Translations under genes and position numbers: made by a program
Shown here: in pieces, positions 11,871 through 26,110 of the stretch
How the letters are laid out: each line of letters opens with the position of its first letter
Position numbering within the stretch: the first letter of the stretch is position 1
Assembly (NCBI RefSeq): GCF_036365525.1
Contig: NC_090393.1
Coordinates: forward strand, 55,814,335-55,878,334
Direction of reading: 5' to 3'
Source: Heterodontus francisci
Lineage: Eukaryota
DNA: 64,000 bases
The notes under the pieces: model-generated
Databases searched by the model: none
What the model was told of the DNA's origin: nothing
What the model saw: only the letters and a program-made list of their open reading frames with translations

Positions 11871-13409
11871 ATTTTACCAATCTGTTGGACTATTCAGTTT
11901 TGCACTGTTGTTTACTAAAAAATTCAACTTGTTTATGACATTGGCTACATTAACTTACTGCTAACCATATAGGATACTCTCACTGCTGAGCATAGCTTAA
12001 GTTTTCAATTTCTGGGACTGCTTTGAAATAAATTGGCATTGAAAAATCGGGTTCTGAAATGCCTGTGCATTGTGTTAGTGATGTTACTGTGCACGTTGCA
12101 TATTACATGTACATCAGCTGACATGCTTGATAGTGCCACTAATGTGACATTTACTCATCTCCCCACACAACTTTCAGTATGGCGAATGTGGATAATTCAG
12201 TTTTTCTTAAGGTCAGATTCAGTAGAGAACCATCTTTTGTCACTGACCTAAAAATAATGGGAGTTTGTGATAGAAATTAGTTTTAAAAATCTGATTTGAT
12301 CCCAAATTGTTTTACATGCAAATAAATCTGACCATATAACTTTAGCCTGCACACATTTGTCTATCGTATTGATTTATGATATTTTTCAGCTGAGGTTACA
12401 GGAGAGCATATTGACATTCAAACATGTTGTCTAGAAAATGATGTACTGTGATTCAGGGTTGACTGCTGAACCTGGACACATGAACCAACATACACTGATG
12501 AATAACACAACATTTAGCTCTTGAGAGATTTGGTCTGCTTATGGAAACTGAGTGAGCTGCAAAGCTGAGGAAAAATGTCTTGGGATAACTGCTGAACTTA
12601 ACACCCACCTTCAACCCATGTTCATCAATATCATCAAACTGTCTCCATTCCCTGGCATTGTTCCCACATCCGACACTATTATCATGCCTTAGTTTTAAAG
12701 AAAATTTCCATCCTCTTGAACTACCATTCCATCTTCAACTGTTTCTTCTCAAATCTTGAATATCATTGATACCTGATATTTCACCCTCAGTTCTCTTACT
12801 ACTCCGTTTTGTTAATTAAGCTATGTGCATGAAGTTGGGAGAATCTGCTAAATAGAGTGACTTGTCAAATGGGTGATTGGAATTTGGTGTGGTGGAAAGG
12901 GGGTGCGAAGTAACTTAAACAAAGGGACGCAGTAAACATATAAATAAAAGTAATTATCTTGGGATAACATCAACATTAACTAAAGGATACAAACATTAAA
13001 GGGATTCCAAAGGGATCTGAATTGTATTAAATAAAAATCTGGAACATAGATAATAAGGCAGGGGCTACTAAAGTAAAGAAGTGATTTCTCAGCATGCAGT
13101 GATACCTCAGGAAAGCACATGGTGGAGGAAGGGGAGAGTGTAAATGTCAGTCAGCAGGTTTGGGACAAACGAGGGGAAATAGAGGAAGAGATTCTGCTCC
13201 TGTCTAACAGGTGCAATATACTTGAGAAGTGTGAGGATAGGGAGAAATACTGTGGGGAGCAAAGCCACTTTGCTTCCCAAGTCATGCTGGAACAGGAGGC
13301 TGTCCAAAGTGGGGATGAACAGAAGAGAAATGTAGCAGTTATAGGAGATTCAATAACTAAGTGGCTAAAAAGAGGGCAGGGCTGTGTACTAAATATTTCT
13401 GGATACAAG

Positions 13410-13572
13410 AAATGCTAGAACCACTCAGCAGGTCTGGCAGCATCTGTGGAAAGAGAAGCAGAGTTAACATTTCGGGTCAGTGACCCTTCTTCGGAACTGG
13501 CATTTCTAATATTTGTTTTTAATAATTTCTTGTTTTTATTTCAGATTTCCAGCATCCGCAGTATTTTGCTTT
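13410..13572 (-). mobile_element. Short Penelope-derived insertion with hammerhead-like motif and partial inversion
   Basis: ~16-bp TSD tatt(t/c)ctggatacaag; sequence matches the Penelope terminus at 37600-37704. Confidence 0.75.
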
Positions 13573-13635
13573 TATTCCTGGATACAAGGTGTCCAGGAAA
13601 GATAGGAGGAGGGATATCATTATTGATTAAAGAGA

Positions 13636-14513
13636 TGTTATGACTGAGGTGGGAGGAGTGCAGTGTTTATTCTAGTTCAACTTCTCCACAGGTCACAACA
13701 TATATTTAAATTTTTTCCCACTTACCGATATGGTCAATCATAGACGCTATTTTTTATCACAGAATAAAACACACCAACCAGGTTTCTTCAATAAACAACA
13801 CGATTATGAGTTTATTATAAAACAAGTCTTAACCAGTAATGAAGAAAAGTATAAACACACAGATCAAAATATAAAAGTTCCCTTTTTACCCTAACCCCTC
13901 TCTCTCTCACACACACACCAGTTAACTGAAAAAATTGAGAATTACTCTTTAGAGCTGTAGTACAACAAAAAAGTACAGTGGCCAAAATGCTTGCTAATTC
14001 TTGAAGTCCTTTTTGGTTTGGTGTCCCAAATGGCTGTCACTGGGATCTTCCTAGAACAGTTCTTGTCAGGTGACGTTGAAGATCAGTTTGGTTTTCCAGG
14101 CAAAATGCAGTAACAGGGGTTTCAAGCAGTTTCTTACACTTGCTTCTCAGCTTCTCAAGAGATGGAAAACTGGCAGGCTTTTCAAAGAGCTGGAACAGAC
14201 TGAGCTGGGTGTTGCTCTCTTGGCAAGTTTTCTCCGACTGTCTTTTCAAACCATTGTCCATATCCCAACTTATTGTCCAAAGTGAAACCTAAACCAATGT
14301 CACAAGAATCAAGCCTCCTGACCCCTATGAATCTTGACCTGTCACTTCTTTGTAAACATCTTCCCAAGTCAAAAACAACCTGTGCTGGGTAATTATTTGA
14401 AGACAGGGACCTTCCAGACCTCGATGTCTCTTGTTAGAAAAAATCATTGCACTCCTTTTCAGTTCTAAACAAAAATCTTCAAACTTCAACAAAAATTCGA
14501 ATCACTCATAACA
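13636..14513. mobile_element. Solo LTR (Gypsy-type)
   Basis: TGTTATGA...TCATAACA termini with a 4-bp TSD gaga. Confidence 0.8.
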
Positions 14514-15271
14514 GAGATTATTACAGTGTTAGAGAGAGAGGATGTCCTACGGGCGGTAAGAGCCAAATCTATTTTGATAGAGCTTAAAAAATGGAGGTGC
14601 TATTGCACTACTGAGTGTATTCTATAGGCCACCAACAAGTGGGAAACATGGAGAGGAACAAATTTGCAAGGAAATTACACAGAGGTGCAAAAACTATGAG
14701 TAGGTATAATGGAGGACTTTAATTATTCAAATATAGACTAGGATAATAGTATAAAGTTGAGAGGGTGAATAGTTTATGAAGTGTGTTCAGGAGAATTTTC
14801 TAGATCAGTGTGTTTCTGGCCCAACCAGGAAGGAGGCATTGTTGGATCTTGTTCTGGGGAATAAGCTGGGTCAAGTGGTTCAAGTGTCAGTTAGGGAACA
14901 TTTAGTGGACAGTGATTATAGTATCATAAGGTTTAGGTTAGTTATGGAAAAGGACAAGGAGCAATCGAGTAAAAATAATTAATTGGGCGAGAGCAAATTT
15001 CAGTGGGGTGAGAATGGATCTGGCCCAGGTAAATTAGAATCAAAGATTGGCAGGCAAAACTGTAATGGAACAATGGGCTGCCTTTAAAGAGGAGATAGTT
15101 TAGGTATTGTTGAGGTATGTTCCCACGAGGGGGAAAAGAAAGGCAAACAAAGCCAGAGCTTCCTGGAAGATGAAATAGATAGAAAGTAAGATGAAGCAGA
15201 AAAGGGTGTGTATGACACATGTCAGGTTGATAATGCAAGTGAGAACGAGGCTTAATATAGAAAATTCAGAG

Positions 15272-18200
15272 TGTTAAGATTGCCTGGTTCATGGTTTGCA
15301 TTAATTTTCTAGAGGTAACTTTTAATTTGGGAATAGAATTTTTTTAATGCAAAACAAATGAAAGCACCTGGTTTGAGAAGCTGACAAACCAACACAGGGC
15401 CGTTACAAACCAAAGGGTGGCCCATGTTTATTTAGCAAGGTCATAATGGCAAATGGGGACTTCTATGAACTTCTTCATGATAATGGTGTCTGCAGCTGCC
15501 TCAATCAGGGGTTTAAATTATTCCTATGATGTCCCAGAACAAGGAGAAGATTTGAAATTTGAAATAATTAGTTTAAATTTCTATCTGACTCACGTAGTGC
15601 TAGGGGCTTGGATGGGGCAGAATTTGTTAGGAGCATCCAGGAGGGCTTCTTGAAACAATATGTAGATAGTCCAACTAGGGATGGGGCCGTACTGGACCTG
15701 GTATTCCGGAATGAGCCCGGCCAGGTGGTCAAAGTTTCAGTAGGGGAGCATTTCGGGAACAGTGATCATAATTCCATAAGTTTTAAGGTACTTGTGGATA
15801 AGGATAAGAGTAGTCCTCGGGTGAAGATGCTAAATTGGGGGAAGGCTAATTATAACAATATTAGGCAGGAACTGAAGAATTTAGATTGGGGGCGGCTGTT
15901 TGAGGGTAAATCAACATCTGACATGTGGGAGTCTTTCAAACGTCAGTTGATTAGAATCCAGGACCCGCATGTTCCTGTGAGGAAGAAGGATACATTTGGC
16001 AAGTTTTGGGAACCTTGGATAACGCGGTATATTGTGAGCCTCGTCAAAAAGAAAAAGGAAGCATTCGTAATGGCTGGAAGGCTAGGAACAGACGAATCCC
16101 TTGAGGAATATAAAGACAGTAGGAAGGAACTTAAGCAAGGAGTCAGGATGGTCAGGGGTCATGAAAAGTCATTGGCAAACAGGATTAAGGAAAATCCCAA
16201 GGCTTTTTATACGTATATAAAGAGCAAGAGGATAACTAGGGAAAGGGTTGGCCCGCTCAAGGACAGAGAAGGGAATCTATGTGTGGAGCCAGAGGAAATG
16301 GGTGAGGTAATAAATGAGTACTTTGCATCAGTATTCACCAAAGAGAAGGACTTGGTGGATGATGAGCCTAGGGAAGGGAGTGTAGATAGTCTCAGTCATC
16401 TCATTATCAAAAAGGAGGAGGTGTTGGGTGTCTTGCAATGCATTAAGGTAGATAAGTCCCCAGGGCCTGATGGGATCTACCCCAGAATACTGAGGGAGGC
16501 AAGGGAAGAAATTGCTGTGGCCTTGACAGAAATCTTTGCATCCTCATTGGCTACAGGTGAGGTCCCAGAGGACTGGAGAATAGCCAATGTTGTTCCTTTG
16601 TTTAAGAAGGGTAGCAAGGATAATCCAGGAAATTATAGGCTGGTGAGCCTTACGTCAGTGGTAGGGAAATTATTAGAGAAGATTCTTTGGGACAGGATTT
16701 ACTCCCATTTGGAAACAAACTAACTTATTAGCGAGAGGCAGCATGGTTTTGTGAAGGGGAGGTCATGTCTCACTAATTTGATTGAGTTTTTTGAGGAAGT
16801 GACAAAGATGATTGATGAAGGAAGGGCAGTAGATGTTATCTATATGGACTTCAGTAAAGCCTTTGACAAGGTCCCTCATGGCAGACTGGTACAAAAGATG
16901 AAGTCACACGGGATCAGAGGTGAGCTGGCAAGATGGATACAGAACTGGCTCTGTCATAGAAGACAGAGGGTAGCAGTGGAAGGGTGCTTTTCTGAATGGA
17001 GGGATGTGACTAGTGGTGTTCCGCAGGGATCAGTGCTGGGACCTTTGCTGTTTGTAGTATATATAAATGATTTGGAGGAAAATGTAGCTGGTCAGATTAG
17101 TAAGTTTGTGGATGACACAAAGGTTGGTGGAGTTGCGGATAATGATGAGGATTGTCAGAGGATACAGCAGGATATAGATCGGTTGGAGACTTGGGCGGAG
17201 AAATGGCAGATGGAGTTTAATTCGGACAAATGTGAGATAATGCATTTGGAAGGTCAAATGCAGGTGGGAAGTATACAGTAAAGGGCAGAACCCTTAGGAG
17301 TATTGACAGGCGGAGAGATCTGGGCGTACAGGTCCACAGGTCACTGAAAGTGGCAACGCAGGTGGATAAGGTAGTCAAGAAGGCATTCGGCATGCTTGCC
17401 TTCTTCGGTCGGGGCATAGAGTATAAAAATTGTCAAGTCATGCTGCAGCTGTACAGAACTTTAGTTAGGCCACACTTAGAATACTGCGTGCAATTCTGGT
17501 CGCCACACTGCCAGAAGGACGTGGATGCTTTGGAGAGGGTACAGAAGAGGTTTACCAGGGTGTTGCCTGGTCTGGAGGGCATTAGCTACGAGGAGAGGTT
17601 GGATAAACTCAGATTGTTTTCACTGGAACGACGGAGGTGGAGGGGCAACATGATAGAGGTTTACAAAGTTATGAGTGGCATGAACAGAGTGGATAGTCAG
17701 AAGCTTTTTCCCAGGGTGGAAGAGTCAGTTACTAGGGGACATAGGTTTAAGGTGCGAGGGGCAATGTTTAGAGGGGATGTGCGAGGCAAATTTTTTACAC
17801 AGAGGGTGGTGAGTGCCTGGAACTTGCTGCCGGGTGAGGTGGTGGAAGCAGGTATGATAGCGACGTTTAAGAGGCATCTTGACAAATACGTGAATAGGAT
17901 GGGAATAGAGGGATACGGTCCCCGGAAGTGCAGAAGGTTTTAGTTTAGACAGGCATCACAATCGGTGCAGGCTTGGATGGCCGAATGGCCTGTTCCTGTG
18001 CTGTACTGTTCTTTGTTCTTTGAGACAACCCACATGTACTATATTGCTATGAAGATAGATGACGCAGGGGTGCCTGTTGGTGTTTTGATCTGTGTGATTG
18101 CTGTCAGACAAGCAGTTGGCTTTTGTAAAGCTGTTGGCTTCAGACAGGCTGTTGGACACAGAAAGCAGTTGTCTTTTGGAAGTTCGTTGGACTCAGGAGC

Positions 18201-21080
18201 AAAGAGACAATCAGGAACCAGAGGTGTTTCTGTTTTGAGGCAGGCCCATGCTCAAGTTGGGAAGTCCAGATTCAGGAGATGATCTCATACCTTGGAAGAT
18301 AGCTGACAAATTGAGGAATTTGAAGTGAACTCTTAAGAGCTGTGGTACACTTTGGTTTGTTCGCAAGAGAAGTAAACAAACCACCAAGATCCTGTAATGT
18401 GTAGGGGAACTCTTGGGGTGGAAGTAACAGTCAAACAAGAGTGTTCTGTTGAGATTCAGAATTTAAAGTATTTGTCTCCCCATTCTGTTAAGATTTTAAG
18501 TTTAAAATATGAATGTTTCCAAATTGTAGCATTAAGTTATGTGTTTTACATTGACTCTTGTACAGTGAAGTTTTTTGTTTCAAGCATGAAATCTTGTGGA
18601 GTAATTCTTTCAGTGATAACTGGGAATTTGACTTTCTTTTTTAATGGGATTGTAACAAATTGAGGGCTCTTGGCAGGATTTCGGATCCACAGATTGAGAT
18701 GGGTACGCTGGGTTTTGCTAAAGTTTAAGTGAACAAGATTTCATGGTGACTTTTACTATATTTATTGAAAAAACTGAATGGCTTTGTCAATTGCTAAGAC
18801 TTTTCTGGGGCAGGACAGTTTATTCCTGAATGTTTTGCAGCAATCAATAAAGGTTAAGTTGATGGCATTAGCAGGACAGCTGAAGATAAGAGTTAGAAGT
18901 AGGGACTAAAAAAGCAGAAATAGTGGAGACTTTATCACACCATTTGGAATTTGAAGAGGAAATGGTAGACCCTGATAAAATGCAGATTGAATTAACTAGG
19001 ATTCAGCTGCAAAAAAAGCAACTTGAATTGGAAAAGGAACAGCAAAAATATGATCTCAAAAGAGCAAAAGAAATGGAAATGAAAAATCTTGAGCTTGAAG
19101 GAGAGGAAAAAGTAAGAGAAATGCAAAAACTTGAATTAGAGGTTCAAAGAGAAAGGAAAGTAAGAAATTTGAATTGTAAAGAGAAAGGCTTTGTTTACAT
19201 GGGCAGGGAATAACTGGTAGTTAGGATGATGATTTGAGTTCAACGCCAGGTTTTTATTTGATGAGAAATATTTGCCTACTGCCTATATTTAGTGAGGAAG
19301 GGGTTGAGCAATATTTTGTCTCAATTGAGAAAATTACTACATAAGAAACATGGACCATTCTTTTGCAAAGTGTCTTAAATGGAAGAGCCTTTTGGAGCAA
19401 CAGTCGGCAGATTATGAGACAGTTAAAAATGTGGTACTTAATGTATGTGAGCTGGTTCCAGAAGCTTATCAATTAAAATTTTGAAATTTGAGGAAGAGAC
19501 AATCAAACTTTTATAGAATCTGCTAAAGATAAAGAAATGAGCTTTGACCATTAGTATCATTCAATGAAACATGAACAGAATTTTTAAAATGTGAAAATGG
19601 TGTTGTTAATGGAGGAATTTAAAAATAGTGTTCCAGCAGGTACGAGGACGCACCTAGAGGGCCATAAAGTTTCTAATATAAGAGAAGCTGCTGTTTTAGT
19701 TGATAGTTGTGATTTATGCCAGAAGCAGCTAGGGGGCAGTATATTTTCATTTGCAAACCCACACAGGAGTTGGAGGGATAGGCAGAATTATATTGAACAA
19801 GCTTCTGAATACAAAGAAGGAGATGGCAGAAATAAAAAGACAAATGCCTCCCAAAGTGATAGGAAAGATTGGATGGAGGATGGGAGTGAGTCAAAAAGAC
19901 CAGCGTGTTTTCATTGTCATAAGATCGGACATGGAAAGGTGGAGAGTTGCAAGTTAAGTCAGAAAGCTGTAGCTTTAATGAGCATAGATAAAGAGTGAGG
20001 CTGTTGAAAATCAGTACTTTCTGATGTATTTACTGTGGGTGTAAATAGAGGCATGAAAGATTATGAGGACTTTATATTTGAAGGAGAGGTCACTCCATTT
20101 TTGTCCAAGGAAAGACCAGAAAGACTGTGATCCTAAGAGATACTAGTTCAGCTCAGAGCTTAATGTTAGGAAACGATTTTTACTTTTCTCCAAAAAGATC
20201 ACTGAATAAAAATGTATTAATACGGGATATGGATGGGGGTTGTGTGCACATCCCATTGTATAGAGTGAAATTAAACTGATTTAGTTAATGGATCTGTTTT
20301 TGTTGGTGTTATGTCTGAACTACCCTTTAATCAGGTTGATTTTATATTAGGAAATGATCTTGCGAGAGGTAAGGTTTTTCCATTTTCTGGAACAGTGGAC
20401 AAGGATATGAGAACTGTTCCTGTGGGGGAAAGACCCCTCACCTATTTGTAATTCACTTGAGCCAGAGGATAAATTAGTGGACCTAATAGAGGCAGTAAAA
20501 GTACCTAAAGAATTTCAAATTAAAGCTCTCCCCAAGAACGACTGAAACTTCAGAATAACCCTGAAGGGTTAATGAGACCTGACACTGAATTGAACCAGTG
20601 CTGAGTCCGAGGATATAATTGCAGGAATCCAGGCAAATAGACAAAAGGAAAAAGCCATTGTGGTTAATCAAACTAATTTAAACCTGACAGATATGGATGA
20701 TTATTTAATAAGGTCATAATTTGGAAGTGGAAAGACCCTAAGCAATGGGAACCTGTCTGAAAATCTTGATGGAGGTGGTGTGTCCGCGGCTGCCTCTATC
20801 AGGGGTTTAAATTATTCATATAATTTTGCAGAAAAAAGAGAAGGTTTGGAGTTGGAAATAATTAGTTTAAATTGCTGTCTGGGACATCCCATGTGTATTA
20901 CATTGCTATGGAGATAGATGATGCAGGGGTGCCTGTTGGTGTTCTGATCTGTGTGATTGCCGACAGACAAGCAGTTGGCTTTTGTAAAGCTGTTGGCTTC
21001 AGACAGGCTGTTGAACACAGAGAAAGCAGTTGGCTTTTGGAAGTCAGTTAGACTCAGGGGGAAAGAGATCGGGAACCAGA
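15272..21080 (+). mobile_element. Degenerate, internally deleted Gypsy/Gmr1-like LTR retrotransposon
   Basis: 5' LTR TGTTAAG(15272)...TGTAACA(18657) split by a CR1; degenerate tRNA-Pro-type PBS ttgagggctcttggcaggat; gag-like fragments (LLMEEFKNSVP, CFHCHKIGH...C knuckle); protease-like ILRDTSSAQSL; second LTR copy ~20770-21080; no RT or IN seen. Confidence 0.75.
15589..18020 (+). mobile_element. Relatively young 5'-truncated CR1 ORF2 copy (pseudogenised)
   Basis: Three consecutive ORFs (371, 176, 197 aa) broken by a TAA at 16721 and a frameshift near 17247; RT motifs [25 protein letters not shown]; (tgttctt) tail. Confidence 0.95.
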
Positions 21081-21082
21081 GA

Positions 21083-21232
21083 AAGTTAGATGGCTACTTG
21101 AAAGAAATAGACTTGCAGGGCTATGGGAATTGAGCGGGGAAGTGAACTGACCCGATAACTCCGTGGAGAGCTGGCATGGACTCAGTGGGCCAAATGGTCA
21201 CCTTTTGTGCTGTAAATGACTCCATGATCCTA
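21083..21232 (+). mobile_element. CR1 3' tail fragment
   Basis: ttgaaagaaatagacttgcagggctatggg...gtgctgtaaatgactc. Confidence 0.7.
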
Positions 21233-21604
21233 TCAGATCATTTGAGAAAACTGACAAAGTGCATTTGGAGACAGAGGTGAAATAAAATCACCCAATTCAG
21301 ATGACAACGAGGCTGGTTGTTACCACCTGATAATCCTGTTGTAGGACCAGAAATTGAGCAGTAAAATAAACCTCTGATCATGAGGGACACAGGATTTGCT
21401 TACGTGAGAGACTGGTGATGCTGAACCAGGAAACTATCTACTGTGGACCCAAAATTTGTAACAGGCACATTGAAGGATATTACTGGACTAGTGATCCAGA
21501 GACCTGGCTGAATAATCCAGAGACATGAGTTCAAATCCCAGCACAGCAATTTGTGAATTTGAGTTCAGGTAATTAATTGACTCTATAATAAAAAGATAGT
21601 AACA

Positions 21605-21847
21605 GCGACATGAGGAAAAGGTTTATTACACTGCGAGTAGTTAGGATCTGGAATGCACTGCCCCAGTGTGTTGGAGGCAGATTCAAGTGAGGCCTTCAAC
21701 AGAGAACTGGATAATTAGATGAATAGAAAAAATTTGCATGGCCAAGGGGAAAAGGCAGGGAATGGAACTAAGTAAGTTGCAGAGAGCTGGCATGGACACA
21801 ACAGGCTGAATGGCATCCTCTGTGTTGTAACCATTCTTTGAGTCTAT
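21605..21847 (+). mobile_element. CR1 3' fragment nested in the LINE 5' UTR
   Basis: gtagttaggatctggaatgcactg...ggctgaatggcatcctctgtgttgtaaccattct. Confidence 0.75.
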
Positions 21848-22593
21848 GGGCTGAATTTTACCAGCCCTGCGACACCGCGGGTCATGGCGGGAGGCCCGTA
21901 AAATGCTGGAGGAATGGCCCGCCACGACACACGATGACGAGAAGGCTCCGCTGGATATTAGTGCCAGCGGTGGTGAGGCCTTGGTACGGTCGTCATTAAA
22001 ATATTAAAATGAGGATAGTTAAATTGCAGATGAACTTACCTGCCCATGGCGGCCGTCCCACGCCGATTTTACGGCCAACCGGCTGCAACTTGGGCTCCTT
22101 CGGAACACCGTTGGAGTGGCGGGGTGGGGGGAGAAGCGGGCAAAACTATTCCTATTGGGTGTGGGGATGGTGGGAAGGGGGTTAAGGTCAAAGATACTGA
22201 AGTTCGGGGGTTGAAAGTTCATAATTTTGCAAATTGGTTTTTCGGGGAGATGGGTTATTTTATTGATAACTCAGTGGGGGGATGGAACATTTTTCTGACA
22301 TTTTATTTGTATTTTTCTGACATCAGGCACCTTTAAAAATTTGATAGTACCTGAAGGGCTTGAAGCACTTTAAAAAATGGCGGCGCCTGCGCGGTAGTGC
22401 CGGACACCATTGCTGGGGACGTGGCGGCGCCCCCTCTATGTCATCAGGGGCGGCTGCTCCAAGGTATGCCTCCATTTAAATGAGCCCCCACGTGTAATAG
22501 TGCGGGGGCTCTTTGGCGGCACTTCCGTGTGGGAAGGCTGCTGACTTCACAGCACGCCGTCGCGGAGCTTGGTACGCTGATAAAATTCAGCCC
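21848..22593. mobile_element. PIF/Harbinger-like MITE
   Basis: TIR gggctgaattttaccagc / gctgataaaattcagccc with a 3-bp TSD TAT. Confidence 0.85.
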
Positions 22594-23778
22594 TATCAGT
22601 CTATAGTATCGGTAATGGTGACCGTGAGGAGTCAAATTGTCATAAAAATCCAACTGATTCATAAATCTCCTTTAGGGAAGAAAACTCACACCCTTACCTG
22701 GTCTGTCTTCTCTATGTCTTCAGATGCACAGCAATGTGATTGGTACTTTACTGCCCTTTGAAGTGGCCAAGCAAACCACGCAGTTGAATCAAACTGCGAC
22801 AAAAAAGTGCAATAAGAACAAAACTAGACAAACCAGTCAGGATCAACCTAGGCATCAGATTTTTACACAACCAAGGCATACCCAGTCCTGTCAACCCTAC
22901 AAAGTCCTCCCCACTAACATCTGGGGCCTTTCGTCAAAATTGGGAGAGCTGTCCAACAGACTAGTCAAGCAACAGCCTGACATAATCATACTCATAGAAA
23001 CATCACAATCACCCAATGTGTCAGACATCACCATCCATACCCTACCAGCAGGCCAGACCCACCAGAGGTGGCTGCACAAAGGTATAGAGTTGGGTGGGAG
23101 TGGCCCTTGGAGTCTTCATCATTGACTCCAGGCCCCAGGAAATCTCATGGCATCAGATTCAACATGGGCAAAGAAATATTGTACTGATTGTCACCGACCG
23201 CCCACCCTCAGCTGATGAATCAGTACTCCTCCATGTTGGGTACCAATTCGAAGAAGCACTGAGGATACAGAATGTACTCTGGGTGGGGCACTTCAAAGTC
23301 CATTAGCAAAAGTTGCTCGGTAGCACAACTACTGACCGAGCTGAAGGACATAGCTGCCAGACTGGGCAGATGGTGAGAGAACTATCACGAGGGGAAAAAA
23401 ACGACTTCCTGTTCCTCACCAATCCATCTGTTTCAAATGCATCAGTCCATAACAGTATTGACGGTAGTGACAACCACACAGTTCTTGTGGAGACAAAGTC
23501 CCATTTTCACACTGAGGGCACCCTCCATCATGTTGTGTTGCAGTTCCATCATGCTAAATGGGATAGATTCAGAATAGATCTTCCAGCTCAAAACTGGGCA
23601 TCCATGAGGTGCTGTGGACCATAACAGCAGCAGAATTGTATTCCACTACAAGCTATGACCTCATGGCCTGGCACATGCCTCACTCTACCATCGTGATCAA
23701 CCCAGCTAACCAACCCTGGTTCAATGAGGAGTGTAGAAGAACATGACAGGAGAAGCACCAGGCATACCTGCAAATGAG

Positions 23779-24000
23779 GTGCTCCGGTTTCCTCCCACAG
23801 CCAAAGACTTGCAGGTTGATAGGTAAATTGGCCATTATAAATTGCCCCTAGTGTAGGTAGGAGAATGATGGGGATGTGGTAGGGAATATGGGATTAATGT
23901 AGGATTAGTATAAATGGGTGGTTGTTGGTCGGCACAGACTCGGTGGGCCGAAGGGCTTGTTTCAGTGCTGTATGTCTAAATAACTAAAATAAAAAAATAA
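23779..24000 (+). mobile_element. 5'-truncated V-SINE (HE1-like)
   Basis: V-domain-like gtgctccggtttcctcccacagccaaagac and a CR1-type tail gggccgaagggcttgtttcagtgctgtat plus A-rich end. Confidence 0.75.
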
Positions 24001-24072
24001 ACTGTGAAGCGATAACGCAAGAATACATGCATGCAAAACAATGGAAGTAACATGCAATAGACAGAGCTAAGC

Positions 24073-24145
24073 AAAGAACAAAGAACAAAGAAAGTTACAG
24101 CACAGGAACAGGCCCTTCGGCCCTCCAAGCCTGCGCCGATCCAGA
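24073..24145 (-). mobile_element. CR1 extreme 3' tail
   Basis: (aaagaac)n followed by agcacaggaacaggcccttcggcc. Confidence 0.7.
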
Positions 24146-26008
24146 TAATCACAATCAACTGATCAAATCAAAATTCTGCAGCCCTGCCACATCTTGTCAT
24201 GAATGGTGATGGACAATTGAACAATTAACAGGAGGAAGAGGTTCCATGAACATTTCATTGATGGCATAGCCTAGCACTTGAAAGCAAACGACAAGGCTGA
24301 GGCATTTGTGGTCATTTGCAGCTAGAAGTGCTGAGTGAATGATCCATGTCGGCATCCTCCAGAGGTCCCCAGCTCCATATATCCCAATCATACGCCAATT
24401 CAATTCACTCCACATGATATCAAGAAACAGCTGAGCAAAGGCTGTGGGTTCCAACAAGATGTCGGGTGTAGTGCTGAAGACTTGTGCCCCAGAACTAGTT
24501 GCACCTCTAACCAAGCTGGTCTAGTACGGCTACAATACTGACATCTACCCGACAAAATGGAAAATTTCCCAAGTATGTCCTGTCCACAAAAAACAGGAAA
24601 AATCCAATTTGGCCAGTTACCACCCCATCAACCTATTCTCAATCATCGACAAAGTGATGGAAGGTGTAACAGACAGTGTTTTCAATGTCACTTACTCAAC
24701 AACAACCTGTTCAGTTTGGATTCTGCCAGGATTCCTCAACTCCAGACCTCATTACAACCTTAGTACAAACATGGACAAAAGAGCTGAATTCCAGAGGTGA
24801 GGTGAGAGTGAATGGCCTTGACATCAACACACCAATTGACAGAGTGTGGTGTCAAGGAGTCCTAGTAAATTGAAGTCAGTGAGGATCGGGGGGAAATTCT
24901 TCACTGGCTGATGTTATATCTAGCATAAAGGAAGATAGGTGTGGTTGTTGAAGGCTAATGCTCTCAGCCTCAGGACATCGCAGTTGGTGTTCTTCATGGC
25001 AGTGTCTTAGGCCCAACCATCTTCAACTACTTCATCAATGACCTTCCTTCCAATGTAAGGTCAGAGGTGGGACTTTTTGATGGTTGCTCAGTGTTCAGTT
25101 CCATTTGCAATTCTTCAGTCAATAAAACTGTCTGTGCCCACATGCAGCAAGACCTGGACAACATGCAAGCTTGGGCTGATAAGTGCCAAGTAACATTTGC
25201 GCCACACATGTGTTAGGCAATGATGATCTCCAAAAAGAGAGCATCTAACCATCTTCCCTTAACATTCAGTGGCATTACCATTGTCAAAATCTCCACCATC
25301 TACCTCCTGGGGGACATCATTAACTGAAAGCTTAACTCCAGCAGCCCTATAAATACTGTGGCTACAGGAGCAGATAAGAAACTGTTTATTCTGCAGTGAG
25401 TGACTCACCTCTTCACTCCCAAGGGCTTTCCACCTCAACAAGATGCAAGTCAGGAGTGTAATAGATACTCTCCACTTTCCAGATGAGTGCAGCTCGTTGC
25501 CACCCAGCCAAGGCAGCCTGCTTTATAGGGACCCCATCCACCACCTTAAACTTACAATCCCTCCGCTACTGATGCAACATGGTTGTAATGTGTACAATCT
25601 ACAAGATGCACTGCAGCTACTTGCCAAGGCTTCTTCGACAGCACCTCTGAAATGCACGTCCTCTACCACTTAGAAGGACAAGAGCATCAGGTGCAAGGGA
25701 ACACCACCACCTCCAGTTCCCCTCCAAGTCACACACTATTTTGACCTGGAAATATGTTTCCATTCTGGCATCATTGCTGGATCAAAATCCTGGAACTTCC
25801 TACCTTTTAGCACTGTGGGAGTACCTTCATACCTTCATACCTTCACATCACTTCGTAGTGGTTGAAGTGGACACCTTCTTGAGGGCAATTATGGATGGGC
25901 AATAAATGCTGGTCTTGCCAGCAGCACCCATACCACATGAATGAATGAAAAGAAAGGATCAGGACTGAGAATCTCAAATTGATTTCCGTCCCTTGCCCTA
26001 GCCCACGA

Positions 26009-26110
26009 AGTTCAGATGAAAGGTCATCAACCTGAAACATTAACTCTGTTTCTGTCTCTACAGATGCTGTCAGACCTGCTGAGTATTTGCAGCATTTTCT
26101 GTTTTTATTT
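26009..26110 (+). mobile_element. Penelope terminal fragment with degenerate hammerhead motif
   Basis: cagatgaaaggtcatcaacctgaaacattaactctg...cagatgctgtcagacctgctgagt. Confidence 0.7.

Larger units (their letters stand above)
12800..15271 (+). mobile_element. Degenerate CR1 (ORF1 esterase and ORF2 EN fragments) hosting several nested insertions
   Basis: VAVIGDSI (GDS esterase motif), YRPP, GPTRKEALLDLVLGN. Confidence 0.75.
21465..25950 (+). mobile_element. Degenerate APE-RT LINE (CR1/L2 group) with a tRNA-like 5' head
   Basis: B-box agttcaaatcc at 21528; EN fragments NIWGLSSKLGEL..QPDIIILIET and RPPSAD; RT fragments YHPINLFSIIDKVMEG; tail gatgggcaataaatgctgg...(tgaa)n. Confidence 0.8.

Noticed and set aside
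15608-17943. Active reverse-transcriptase gene
   Set aside because: 5'-truncated CR1 with an in-frame stop and a frameshift
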